DNA of 61,108 nucleotides, counting the filler, from Piptocephalis cylindrospora (Eukaryota), in NCBI GenBank assembly GCA_003614145.1. It is 2 parts of 2 records of this genome, joined end to end, with 100 filler letters (N's around TTAATTAATTAA, not from the genome) between each part and the next. Parts side by side here need not be neighbours in the genome. Positions count along the whole stretch, not along the records: positions 1 to 30,627 come from KZ987754.1; positions 30,728 to 61,108 come from KZ987755.1. One strand, 5' to 3'. Shown one piece after another: positions 25,161-37,009 of the stretch. The first letter of the stretch is position 1. Every line of letters starts with the position of its first letter. Made by a program: the position numbers and the translations under genes. Below the pieces are notes generated by a model that saw only the letters and a list, made by a program, of their open reading frames with translations, was not told the origin of the DNA and ran no database searches.

Positions 25161-28100
25161 CTACAATCCCTCACTGGAGGGGCCCTCCTCCTCGCCTTGT
25201 GAGGCGACCCACTTGGTTAGAAGGCCATGGACAATGCCCTCAAGGATCGTGGCATTCTCACATACCTCACTCCCCTCCACATTGTACTGCCGAGCATTGG
25301 CCCACATCGTGGCAAAGTCCTTTTGAAGGAGACCTCCATCGTCATGGTATACTCCGGCCTTGGCCCGGTCCCGGATCTCCTCTAGGGAAACGGGTCGTTG
25401 AATGACATCGTAGTAATCGGGGTAATCCTGCCGGGAGGGCAATTCGAGGAAGAGAGTGCACCTAGGCAGGGGAGGATTGTACCGAGGGTCCATATCGGCC
25501 TCCACGGCCTCCAGGATCTCCTCCACAATTTCATCCCCTAGAGGCTGCCCATCTAGAGGTGGTGCCGGGGTGGATCGGGGCAAAGGAGCTGGCGGGGGTG
25601 GTGGAGCCTGGGTCCGGCGCTTTTTACTCCCTCCGCCTCCTCCACGAGAGCGCTTCCCGCCCACACGACCCGCTTTCCGCCCTGAGCCGCTAGATAGGTC
25701 TTCCGAGTCCCGGTGAGGTCCATCATGTGTCTCCACCTTGACTTGTTGGGGTGGAAGATGGCCATCTCCATCCTGGAAATGAATGGAAGAGGAGGGACGC
25801 TTAACACTCCCCTTGACTGGGAGATTCCTTCGTTTCCCGCCCTGCCGAATGCTTCCATCCTCATCCTCCTCTTCACTCTTTTCTCTTCCTCTTTCCTTAT
25901 CCTCGCTTTCACCCCCTTCGTCCTCTTCTTCCTCCTCCTCGACAGCCTCAGCATCATCCACTTCGGCCATTTCCCGAAGTCGTTTGGCCTCAGCCCTTCG
26001 CCGTTTAGCCTCAGCTCGGGCCTCCATGACTTCCATGGGATCTTCACCAGCCTCAATGGCGTCTAGGTACTGCTCCTCGGTGAGACCATCGTCATAATGG
26101 ACCGTCTGACGTTCTCGACGTCCCCGGCCATACTTGGACGACCCTCTCCCAACCTTGACGGTCCCGTCATCCCCAATACTCTCCTCCCCTTCCCCTTCAC
26201 CATTCTCCTCCTCCTCCTCGTCAAATTTGAGCATCCAATCGGGAATTTCATCGGCCTGCATCAGCCGTCTAGGAGGCCCACCCACCTCACCCCGGTGCGC
26301 CAGATGCCACGCCTCACTCCGAAGTTCCTCGCGTTCCCGGTCGGACCGGGTAAAGACAATCCTTTCCTCATCGGACCTGGCGCAAATCTCCACAAGCTCA
26401 TCATCGGGCATGACCGCCTCAAACATGTCCTCCCCCTCGGCCTCACTCCCCTTCCCGGATCCATCAGCCCCCTTGCCCTTGTCCGAAGATTTGTTGAGGG
26501 AGGGGAAGCCACCGGCTGTATCATTGAGCAAGGCCCGAAGGAAGGCCTCACGTTCTTCGGCGGAGGTCTTGTTGTCGAATTTACCGGCCTGAATGACCTT
26601 CCCATCCATGTCCAGCTTATCATGGGCTCGGGCCAGGATTTGCTCCTCCACGCTTCCCTCCGTAATCAGCCGATAAATACGGACTTCCTTGGTCTGACCA
26701 ATACGATGGGCTCGATCCTGGGCCTGGAGATCTTGATGGGGATTCCAATCGGAATCGAAAATAACAACGGTATCGGCAGTCTGAAGGTTGAGCCCGAGAC
26801 CACCAGCACGGGTGCTGAGCAAGAAGCACTGGTAGGGGGAGTCGGGAGCATTAAAAGCCCCGAGCATGGCAGTACGATCATCACTCTTGGTGGTACCATC
26901 GAGTCGAAGATAGCCCCAGCCCTTGGAAAGCATGTAATCCTCCATGATATCCATGATCCTAGTCATCTGGAAGAACATGAGGACCTTGTGGTTCGAGGAG
27001 AAAAACTTGGGAAGCATACGGTCTAGGAGCTCAAATTTGCCCGAGGCCCTCCATACCATCTCATTGGTCCGATGGCCAGGGTTGATGATGTCCTCGACCT
27101 CTTGGAAGACAAATGGATGATTACAGATCTTACGGAGTTGCATAATGGTGTTGTTCATACCACGGACTTTGGCCCGACCCTCCTGAAGAGCGCTCCCGGG
27201 GAATAGCTGGCCCGAGAGCTTCATCTAACGGTACAGGGCAGCTTGAAGGGCGGACATGCCACACCGAACCACGGTCTCTACCTTATCGGGCAACTCGGAC
27301 TCCACATCCTTCTTGAGCCGACGAAGGAGGAAGGGCCGAAGGACCTTGTGGAGACGTTGGATGATGAGAAGTTGCTCCTCTTCCTTAAGCTCGACTCTCT
27401 GCTCATCCCCAGCCCCGGCAGCGGCCATGGGCTCGGCAAACCACTCATCAAAAGACTTGGCGGATTTGAAGACACGGGGTAGGACAAAATTGAGGAGGGC
27501 CCAAAGTTCTGGAAGGTTGTTTTGCAACGGGGTACCGGTAAGGATGAGACGGTACCGGGTGTGGTAGTACTTCTGCAAGGTGCTTGAGAGCTTGGAGGAG
27601 GCATTTTTCATCCGATGGCCCTCATCGATGATCATGTGAACCCATTTGTACTTGCACAAAAGAGGCCTATCCTTGAGAATGTACTCGTAGGTGGTGAGAA
27701 GGACCTGGAAGGACCCGTGCCTCAGACGAGTCTGCTGGATATCCCGGCGCTGACCTGGAGTACCCTTGTAGACGATAGTGGCAACGGCCGGGGCCCACTT
27801 TTCAAACTCCAGGGTCCAGTTGGTGATGGTAGAGAGAGGAACGATGACGAGGAAAGGGCCGTTTTGACGTTTGTGCTCAATAAGGAAAGTGATGAGGGAG
27901 ATGGTCTGAATGGTCTTACCCAAGCCCATCTCATCGGCGAGGATACCGTTGAGACGGTTATTGTACAGGGAGACCATCCACTCCAAACCCTTGACCTGGT
28001 AATCTTTGAGCTTACCCCCGACCAGAAGGGAAGATTGCTCAGTGACCTTTTCCCGGATACGATGGGCCACGCCATAATAATCCACCTCCCCACCATCTTG

Positions 28101-30346
28101 TCCTGTGATGGCATTCTGAGCCGAGATGCCTCCATCGTTGGTCGGAGAGATTTCGTCTGGAAGGGGGAGGGGGGAGATGGGAAGATGTGTGTGAATTTAT
28201 ATGAATGGACCAACGTGTGTCCTCTTTCCATCCCCTTCTTACCTGGTGACTCAGTATCAGTATGGAAAGCGGCCGCTTGAACCTCGGGCCCATCCGACCT
28301 TTGCTGCTCCTGGACGGCGCCAGCTAGCTCGGAAAGGAAACGATCGGTCTGAGAAAGAAGATCCTGGAGACGGGAGTCTTTACTCTCAACCAAGAGACGC
28401 TTGTAGGCCTCTTCATCATTACTTTGCAGGGCACGGATACGGGCACGGGCCATACGTTCACGAGCACGGGCCTCCTCCCGTTCGGCGGTACCATGGTACT
28501 GTAGAACGGATCGACCGAGGCGCATACCCCGTTGAGCATGGGACCTGGACCATTCCCGGAGCTCACGACCATGCTGCAGGAGGGTTTCGAGGTGGGCAGC
28601 AGCCCTAGCCTTCCTCCTCCTCTCCCGTTCAGCGCGTTGTTGGCGTTCCAGGCGCTCAGTGACGCGGGCCTCCCGTAAGGCCGCGCGCTTGGGACGACGG
28701 CTCCCGTGACGGTCAGCCGCGGTGAGGAGAGTGGTGGCACGACGCATGCCCCGACCCAGTTCGGCACGTAGACGTCGTTGACGCTCCAGGAGCCCTAGGC
28801 CCTTGAGCTCAACGACCGCTCGCATCTTGCCCTCAGGGCCTAGGTTAGCAGGGAGATCCTTAAGTTCGGTAGTCCTTGCGGTAATACGAGCACGAATACG
28901 CCTTTCCCTTTCTGCACGCATCTCATACGGGTCAAGGCCAATGGGCAAGAGACCGGGGATGAGGAGACGTTGGCGACGGGAGGCTTGAGGAAAGCCAGGG
29001 GCGGTGGCAGCCAGGATATAGGCGTAGGGGGAAAGGTATGAACCGTACGAGGATGGGTCATGAGGGTCGGCGGGGACTGCGGCACGGGGGGCCGAGGCAG
29101 GAGTCGACTGGGAAGGAGCGGGATGAGTGGGGGCAGGAGAGGGTGTTGTCCCCATCCCATTGGGTAGGCCATGGGGGTTTAGTGGAGCGGGGGTCAACGC
29201 TGAAGGGGCACTTGTTGCAGGAGTGGAAGAAGGAGGCTGTGCTGCGGCGAGGGGAGCATGACCATTAACCATGGAGCTAGAAGGTGCGGAGGAGGGATGG
29301 GTTTGGGCGTGGAGGAGAGGGATCTGAGCAGCAGCCTGAGAAATCCTAGCAGCTACTGCAGGGATCTGTCCAAAGGATCCAGGCTGGATGGAAGAGACGG
29401 GGGCCGAGGAAGGTCCGATCGACTCTGAGTTGGGTGCAGATCCTTGAGGGGAGAAAGGGATACCCTGTTGTTGTTGCTGCTGTTGCTGCTGTTGCTGCAA
29501 TTGTTGCTGTTGTTGACCAAAGATGGCCTGCTGCATCTCGGCAGGGACAGGAAGACCACGGTAGAGAAGCTTGAAGGCCTGAATCTGATTACGAAGGGTG
29601 GCGAGATTGGCATTGGGGAAGGGAGAAGAGGGGGTGGTGGGGCCGGGAGAGGGGCTTTGTTCTACGAGGGGATGACGGGTGAGGAAAGAGCGGTGAGCGG
29701 GGTGGAGGGAGGAGGAGGAGGAGGAAAGGCGAAGGGTGTGGGACAACTTACGATGAGAGGCAGCAGATGAGACGGATGGGGAGTGATGGTTCATGGCAGG
29801 TGGAGGGGCTTGAGCACTTGATTGGGGCTCTGTAGCTTGGGATGAGGAAGCGACTGGGGGCTGGAGGGGGGATTGTCCTTGCCCCAGTTGTTGCCCTTGT
29901 CCCGGTTGCTGTACCTGGCCAGACTGTTGCTGCATTTGCATACGCTGGAGGTGCTGCTGTTGCATGACCATCATCTGGGCCTGACGGATAGTGCGGAGAC
30001 GATTGAGCAACTCTGCGAATTCCTGATTGTTTTGCTCATTGGCGCCTTCCCTTGCTAGGGCTTGAAGGCGCTGAGGAAGGGAGAGAAGGGAGGGAGAAGT
30101 GAGTGAGAAGGAGGGAGGGAGGGAAGGAAGGGAGAAAAGGGTCATGATAGGGAGACTTACGTGTAATTGCTGTTGTGTATGTTGTTGGGCTGCAGCGGCA
30201 AGGAGGACAGAAGGATGGAGTTGAGGAACGGCGGGGGTGGAGGTGGGGCCGTTTGCCTCTGTTCCTTGACCTGGTGTACCAGGGGGCATGGCGGGGGTGG
30301 TCCCGGCGCCTGAGGTGGATTGAGCTGGGCCAGAGGGGTCCGGCAT
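25161..30346 (-). CDS. SNF2: SWI/SNF/RSC catalytic ATPase (Snf2/Sth1/Snf21): QLQ, HSA, SNF2_N, helicase C, SnAC, bromodomain; intron 28157-28242 plus two 5' introns; in-frame TAG at 27225-27227
   Basis: [11 protein letters not shown] (QLQ), [64 protein letters not shown], and YPDYYDVI...NARQYN (bromodomain). Confidence 0.95.
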
Positions 30347-30627
30347 GGCTGATGCTAGGAGAGGGAGCGCGTGGGATGCACTTGTCGTCACTGTATGATC
30401 AAGGCAGCTAAATCCCAATCAGGGGAGTAGAGGAAGGGAGGAGGATCTGGAGGGGAGAGGGGAGATCAGGCAAATACTGGTATTGTTTATGGTTCGTGGA
30501 AAGCACGAAAGGAAGGGTGAGAGAGAGGGGCGAGGGGAGTGGAAGGGGGTGGGGGGGGGGGGGGGGGGTGTGGGTGGGGGGGGTGAGGGCAAAGAGCCAA
30601 TGGAGAATATGTGTGTGAGGGAGAGAG

Positions 30628-30727
30628 NNNNNNNNNNNNNNNNNNNNNNNNNNNNNNNNNNNNNNNNNNNNTTAATTAATTAANNNNNNNNNNNNNNNNN
30701 NNNNNNNNNNNNNNNNNNNNNNNNNNN
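30628..30727. other. Artificial contig joiner: N44 + TTAATTAATTAA + N44
   Basis: Exactly 100 nt, with a palindromic six-frame-stop 12-mer at 30672-30683. Confidence 0.95.
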
Positions 30728-31003
30728 CCACCAGAGAGCACTAGCGATCAGACTGAGGGAAAGGAGAGGAAGTCGCTTGGCCTTAAGTGGGGGATAGTGT
30801 CGATTCTTTAGGGCATACAGGACGGCGATAACTCCAACGCCATACAGGATGGCGGAGAAAGTGAGGATGATAATAGTGGGGGTTTTCCCAATGGGATCGT
30901 CGGTCATGCCAATGGTTGCATTCATGGAAATGGGGAAAGCTTGAAGGGATGCCGAGGTAGTAAGGACCTGTTGGCCCTGACCAGGCTCATTTCTACCTAT
31001 CAT
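30728..31003 (-). CDS. 5' part of a 7TM receptor-like gene, truncated by the gap; paralog of 32291-33742
   Basis: ILYGVGVIAVLYALKNRHYPPLKAKRLPLLSLSLIASALWW aligns with VLYGLGFIALILAFWHRQYPPLKVKHLPLLSTAYVASFLWF. Confidence 0.75.
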
Positions 31004-32290
31004 CTACGAGGAACAAGGGAAGGATGGCAGTGGGATAGAGAAGATCAAGGTGGGCGGTCAGGATGATGTCAGGACAGTGTGAATGCTACTCTACAGGCAC
31101 ACACCCACGCTTAAGGAGATGAGGGGAGGGAATGGGACCAAGCGACGAAGGGGAGAGACGGAGATGGAAGTGGAGAGGGGCTGGAGAAGCGCTAAAGTCG
31201 AGGAGAATGGAGTTGGAGGGAGAGAGGCGGGATAATGTCTCAGTTTCGTCAAGTCAAAAGTGGGAAGGGGAAATATCGTGGCTAGTTGGAGAGACAGGAG
31301 CAAAATGGGGTAAGAAAAAGGGAATCCTGAGGGTGAAGAACGGCTAACGGAGGCGTGAGGAATGGAGGAGTGGGGATGGAGATGGGTGGTGGAAGTGGAA
31401 GTGGAGGTGGAGGGGAGGGGAGGGGAAGGGGAAGGATCGTCAGTGTAGGAAGAGCGAGAGAGCGAGCGAGGAAGAAGAGGAGGGCGGACGTTCGTCAGGT
31501 GGAGGGGCGCCAGGATGTTTGAGGATGGCTCGGGAAGGGGGAAGGGAGGGGTCACGACAGGAAGGAGAGGATTGGGGTGGAGGGAGATAAAGAGGAAGAG
31601 AAAGGAAGATATTTCACATTACTTTGTGTGTGAGAGGGTATGGCATGAAAGACCTTGCCAGCCCAGGACAGGAGGAAGCGGATGTCGGAGATAGATCACG
31701 ACTGACGGACTTTCAAATCAGGATCCTGCAGGATGCATACAGCCTATGAAAAGAGAGGTTTTTAAAGACTTAAACGGTAACAGAGAGAAAAGAAGCCTAA
31801 GCGGACGTGGCGGAGGGAGGGGGGGTAAAAGATGGCAAGGAAGCAACAACACAGGGCCACCTGGGATGGGAGGACAGAGCCCGTGGTTTACATGTGGCCA
31901 GAGGTTGGTACTCATCCTGGGGAAAAGTCTCGTCTATACAAGGCGGTGAGGAAAGGGAGTCAGGTCACTCTGGGATGCCTTCAAAATACTCCGATGACCC
32001 GAGAGAGCTTGACAGGCAAGGAGTATACAGCCTTGTTGTTGAGGATACATGAAGGAAAAAAGAGATCGGGATACTGAGTTTCAAGATTGATAGAATCTCG
32101 CAATAGTAGTGAGAAGGTTCATAGCCTCTTGTGGTAAATACCATGATCAGAAAACAGCAATGAGAGGATGAGGCAGAACAAGTACACAGGATGAAATTCG
32201 TCAGGGCAAGAAGCAGAAAGAAAAGATGAGAGGCTAGCAAAGACACTGACGCACACAAAGACAGGATCTTCCCGCAGAAAGAAGGAGAAA

Positions 32291-33742
32291 TTAAATGACC
32301 CGATCAGCTGACATGGCCCGAACACGACGGGCATCCACCATGGCCTGGTAAGCCCCGTCCTCCTCTCCGGCATGCCCGACGCAGCTGGCTGGGAGGGGTA
32401 TCCACGGAAGGGATGGGTCCACATCCAGACCCGGTCCATCACTAGCATACGTCCCCACTCGTTTCTTTCCCCCAATGACCCGCAAGGGTGGAGGGGGCAC
32501 AGTCGATTCCTCACTCATTCCACTCACGGTAGTATGTGATCCGGAACGGCCACTACGATGCGAGGCTCCACGAATACTTCGACCTTCGGTGTGCTTGGAG
32601 GATGCTGTGGTTGTACTAGGCCACCGGCTGACCATGGCGGGTAGGGGAACGCGAAGACGAGAGTCTGGCTGTCCCAGCTCCCGGATCGTCGTTCCCGTGG
32701 AGGGAGCGGAAGGTCGGGCGGTCGGTCGGATCCCTAGCTTCTCAACATCCCGCAGACCTGGATCCGTCTCAATCTCGGGTCCAGGCACCCCACCCTCCCC
32801 GCCCCCATCATCACTATCCTCAGCATTGAGGGCCAGGACAAAGCGCATGAGGTAAGCCTCTCGTCGAAAGAGACATCCAAAGAGGGGTGGGGTGATCACC
32901 AGCCAAAAGTAGATATTCCCGACGAGAAGATCCACAATGACCAGAATGTACTTGCCCCAGAGGTGGAAAGTCCAACGTTTGAGGATGAACGTCCCATTGA
33001 GGAGGAAGGTGATCACATACAAGAGATAGCCGATTCGAGTTTCGTTGAACTCGTTGAACCCCTGCCGGATCCCCCGCAAGGCCCAGGTGAACCATCCGAG
33101 GATAAGAAGGAAAAAGACGGTAAAGATGAGGAGGACCAGAGAGAAGTATGGGTTAAACCGACAGTCTCCGTGGATTGGATCCAGGTAGTCGGTCCAGATA
33201 GGCGGGGCAAAAAGGGAGAAAAAGCCCACACCCAGCACCGGGGTTCCAGCAATAAGAAAGGGTAGGATGAAGCGTTGGTCAGAGATGGCCCGTCGTCGGA
33301 CAAAGACATGGAACAATGTGTAGAGTCGTAAGGTCAGAACTCCGAGGACGAGACACAGCCCAAAGATCCATTGAACCCAGACACCCCAAAGGATGCACAG
33401 ACTCCAGGGCCCATTGTAGGTGAAAAAGCCATTAGTTTGCATGACCCCAATGAACCAGAGAAATGAGGCGACATAGGCGGTCGATAGGAGAGGCAAATGC
33501 TTCACCTTGAGGGGCGGATACTGTCGATGCCAAAAGGCGAGGATGAGGGCGATGAAACCTAGGCCATACAGGACAGTAAAGGCGATGTAGATGACTTGGC
33601 GTGCCTCATCTGGGAGCTTCTCGTCCTCCAATAGATACCGCATGTATCGCTCATCGGATGGAGAGTGGGGTGTGAGATGACCGCGACTGCCACCATTGTG
33701 TAAAGATTCGGCCAACGGCGCTTGTCGATGGCCGTGGGTCAT
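32291..33742 (-). CDS. Seven-transmembrane GPCR-like protein with disordered C-tail
   Basis: Seven hydrophobic segments, Cys at the top of TM3 and in loop 2 (GDCRF), and an FNE motif between TM5 and TM6 as in class C / RGS-linked fungal 7TM proteins. No RGS domain visible. Confidence 0.75.
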   Translation of the reverse strand: MTHGHRQAPLAESLHNGGSRGHLTPHSPSDERYMRYLLEDEKLPDEARQVIYIAFTVLYGLGFIALILAFWHRQYPPLKVKHLPLLSTAYVASFLWFIGVMQTNGFFTYNGPWSLCILWGVWVQWIFGLCLVLGVLTLRLYTLFHVFVRRRAISDQRFILPFLIAGTPVLGVGFFSLFAPPIWTDYLDPIHGDCRFNPYFSLVLLIFTVFFLLILGWFTWALRGIRQGFNEFNETRIGYLLYVITFLLNGTFILKRWTFHLWGKYILVIVDLLVGNIYFWLVITPPLFGCLFRREAYLMRFVLALNAEDSDDGGGEGGVPGPEIETDPGLRDVEKLGIRPTARPSAPSTGTTIRELGQPDSRLRVPLPAMVSRWPSTTTASSKHTEGRSIRGASHRSGRSGSHTTVSGMSEESTVPPPPLRVIGGKKRVGTYASDGPGLDVDPSLPWIPLPASCVGHAGEEDGAYQAMVDARRVRAMSADRVI

Positions 33743-34715
33743 AGGCTGGGAGGAGAAAGTGGCCTTTGTCGAAAGGAAGTGAGGGGGGGGGGGAGGGGGA
33801 GAAAGGGAGAAAAGACCAGGGTCAAACTTGAGAGATGGATTGGCAAGATGTGAAGTCGTAGAGAGCGAAAAGATGGAAAAGGAAGTTAAGCCACGGAAGG
33901 TCTCAGAGATAGTAGAGGGGGGGAGGGGGGAGTGGGTAGAACGACAGTTTCCGCTAATCGGGAAGCGTTAGCGCATATAGGATAGGGCGTGGCAGGAAGA
34001 AGAGAAGGGGGAGAGGGAGGGAGGGAGGGAGAGGGGGAGGCGGGAGTAAGGCTGGTGACCGTACTTTGATTGCAATAGATCGTCAAGAGGTAGGGGAGGA
34101 GGAAGAAAAGTTAGCGAGAGAGGCGTAGAAGGGAAAGAAAGGGAGGAGGAGAAGGAAGGACGGAAGGAAGAAATCAGAGGCCGGATAGTCAATAGAGCTG
34201 CACTGAACGCTTTGCATTCCATCTACTAAAAGGATGATCAGTGGTCCACTCACCCGGAGCTGGAATGGACTAGAAGCGGAGTTGGGGGAAAAGGGGATGG
34301 ACTACCAGATAAAAAAGTGACAATAGGGTTGTGAGTTCCGCTTGACCGTCATTCCTGGGTACAGGCTGAGGACGGGCTGCTAAGTAGGCCATGACCATCC
34401 TGGCCTTGCCGGCTCCCTGAGATAAGGGAAGTCTGACGTAATACTCCCTCAAGTGTTGTATAGAGGGAGAGACATGGTATGGGCCACTCAGACCGCCCAG
34501 CTCTCATTAAAGATCTAGACCTTTCAAATTTAGGGCGAGAGACAGGTACACAAGGTGGATAATAATACACAAACAACCCATCACCCTTATAATTTGATAA
34601 AAAGAACAATGTCCAGAAGATGATTCAACAGCACGTTTTTATGTCAAGAAATTTCAAGGCACCGTCCACCGATATGGTATGGTATTGAACCTTGATCGAC
34701 AAGAAAGGACATCAT

Positions 34716-35213
34716 CTACTGAGTCACATGAACACCTCCTTGATCCTGTACCACCATGGCAGCCTGGCCCCTACGGGTGGGAAGGGTGCCGGAAGGGAGA
34801 CCATTTCGCGATTCGAATTGACGGATAGCACGCATGTCGGAAGCAACGAGGGTGGCGTATACGGTCTGGGTGGCCATGGCGGTGACAGTGGCAGTGACAG
34901 TAGTCGTGGCCATGACAGTGACAATGGGAGAAGGAGGAGGGGGGCCGGAGTAACCAGGGTCTTGCGGGACGATGTGCACCTGGGTCACAGGAGAAGGATA
35001 ATACTGGGGCTGTGTCTGGGCCTGAGCTTCCAGGCGATCTAGCTCCTTAGCCTTGTCTCGGTTATCCTTATATTTCTTTGCGGCCCAAATACCACCGACC
35101 GCGACAGCGGTTTTACCAAAGATGCCCAAACCCTCCTTAGGTGCAGGGGAGGGAGAGGCCTGTAGGGAGACGGCAAGGGCAAGAGTGAGAATCAGGCAAA
35201 ATTTGAGTTGCAT
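34716..35213 (-). CDS. Small secreted protein (165 aa), unknown function
   Basis: Signal peptide MQLKFCLILTLALAVSLQA; Pro-rich and TVT-rich segments; TATAAA about 220 nt upstream. Confidence 0.7.
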   Translation of the reverse strand: MQLKFCLILTLALAVSLQASPSPAPKEGLGIFGKTAVAVGGIWAAKKYKDNRDKAKELDRLEAQAQTQPQYYPSPVTQVHIVPQDPGYSGPPPPSPIVTVMATTTVTATVTAMATQTVYATLVASDMRAIRQFESRNGLPSGTLPTRRGQAAMVVQDQGGVHVTQ

Positions 35214-36847
35214 GACGGTGCTACTGGAGAAAAAGTAAGGGTGAGAGGTAGGGTAGGGTAAAGGCGACGTCGTAAACGGGTAGTGATGAGGGAAGGCAAT
35301 CGATCAAAATGATAAGTAAAGAGGAGGGCAGGTAAGTCCTTGCAGGCACTGTCGTAAAGTGAACGGGAGAAAGGGGTAGGGATGGGAAAAGGACGAGGGA
35401 CTTGAGAGGGCGGGGCAAGCAGGGCCGTCTTTATAAAGCATTTTCCTCTCTTCAATGCCCCCTGTTTCGAACTGGAGTGGGTTGGCGGAGTCTTGCTGAG
35501 GTCCCTTGCAGCTCACCAGCAATCACCCCTCCCTTTGCTGTTCAATGAGAGCTGGCCGAAAGAAGGGACCTCCTGGAGTATCACTGATATACCCATGAGC
35601 GGAGCGTGCAGTTGACAGATGGAAAAGCGGAGGCGCATTTAGTGTGGTCAAGGGCCCTAGATGAGCTCCACGTCTAATACCGCCTCTAGTTACCCTGAGC
35701 TTTCCTCTATAATGGGATAGCATGACCACGGCATGCTACTTGGTGAAACCCATTATGCCTTGGCACTAGGAGTGTCTTAATGAGAAGCAGTGTAGGGGAA
35801 TAATCGGACGTATTTTAAGGGCTAGGGGCATGGCTTGTAGAAATCAGGGTCTTATCTTTGAACCTGACATAATGACACGCAGTAGAACACGGGATTAAGA
35901 GATGACTCGGTTGGCGTCTAGGATTCCTCTGCCGCTACTACAATGGTCCCATCTTCATGCGGCCTATGAGACGTGGTTAGATCCAGGTCTTTTTATGGCA
36001 GCAGCCGAGGATATATAAGGCTGGCCAAGGCAAGCAATAATTGAGCCCCTTGACTAGGCCAATTACATAGAAGAGATGAAGCGAAAGAAGTGTGTCAGCT
36101 ATGATCCCGCTCGACTGAGAGATTGAGGACAATGTAGGGACAATAACAGCGGTGATGGTACGTGTTGCTGCGTGCATCATCCATAATGGATCACATCTAC
36201 ATTGGTAGGATAAGGCTACTTTTGCATCAATTCCTCTGTCGATTTGATCCGTAGGAGAAGGAATGATATAAGGATGTAGCAGGGGATACTAGGAGGAAAA
36301 AGAAAAATGCATGATGACATAAGATACATGCTAACTAGCCCAGCTACAAAGATGAGCGCATTTTAGCGGTAGTTACATCACATCCTTCTCTAATAGCATC
36401 AAGAGGCAATGATCGCGCTAGAGTCAAAGATCATAAAGAGTAATTAGTACGATCATCACCATAAGACAGCGTCAGAGGCCCTGGATTGACTAGGTTTGCG
36501 AGGTTATCGAGATATCAATCATCAAAATGGGTAGCCTAGCTATCAGTACAAGTGATTGGAGAATGACTCAGAGAGTGACGGATAATGTATTAATGTATTA
36601 CTGAAAAGCATTACTTTTGGTTGAAAGGATCTAGACGAGTCAGGGGGGAGGAGCACAACTTCCAGGAACACTAGAAATACCAGGGACATTAGCAATATTA
36701 GGAATAACAAGAGTCAGGAACAGGAGGGAGACTAGGAATACCAGGGAGACTAGGAGCGACGGGATCATCAGCAGGATCAGTCAGAGACACCGCTAGCATA
36801 GAGTGGCTTCGCGGCAGGGTCATCCCCGGGGGGAAACGCACGGTTCA

Positions 36848-37009
36848 TTAGCTCCTGCAGACAAGATGGTTGCTCGAATGATCATTCGAGTAAGGTCTAT
36901 GATGCCCCGAGTAGGGAGTCTCTTGTCGGTTCTCAAAATAGGATGGTGCAGCCATCGATGAAGTAGTGGTGATGAGGCCGAGGAGGGTGAGAGTAATGGA
37001 GATATACAT
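36848..37009 (-). CDS. 53-aa ORF with signal peptide (secreted peptide or 5' remnant of a decayed secreted-protein gene)
   Basis: Reads MYISITLTLLGLITTTSSMA-APSYFENRQETPYSGHHRPYSNDHSSNHLVCRS*. Below the ORF-track length cutoff. Confidence 0.45.
   Translation of the reverse strand: MYISITLTLLGLITTTSSMAAPSYFENRQETPYSGHHRPYSNDHSSNHLVCRS

Noticed and set aside
25161..30346. Genome-wide TAG-to-Gln reassignment
   Set aside because: TAG is used as the true stop in ATG11, acyl-CoA oxidase (right after the -AKL signal) and Snf2 itself, and no other conserved gene shows an internal TAG.
30672..30683. TTAATTAATTAA palindrome as a biological site
   Set aside because: It is centred between two equal N44 runs, which marks it as a synthetic six-frame-stop linker. 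Gene adjacency across it should not be trusted.
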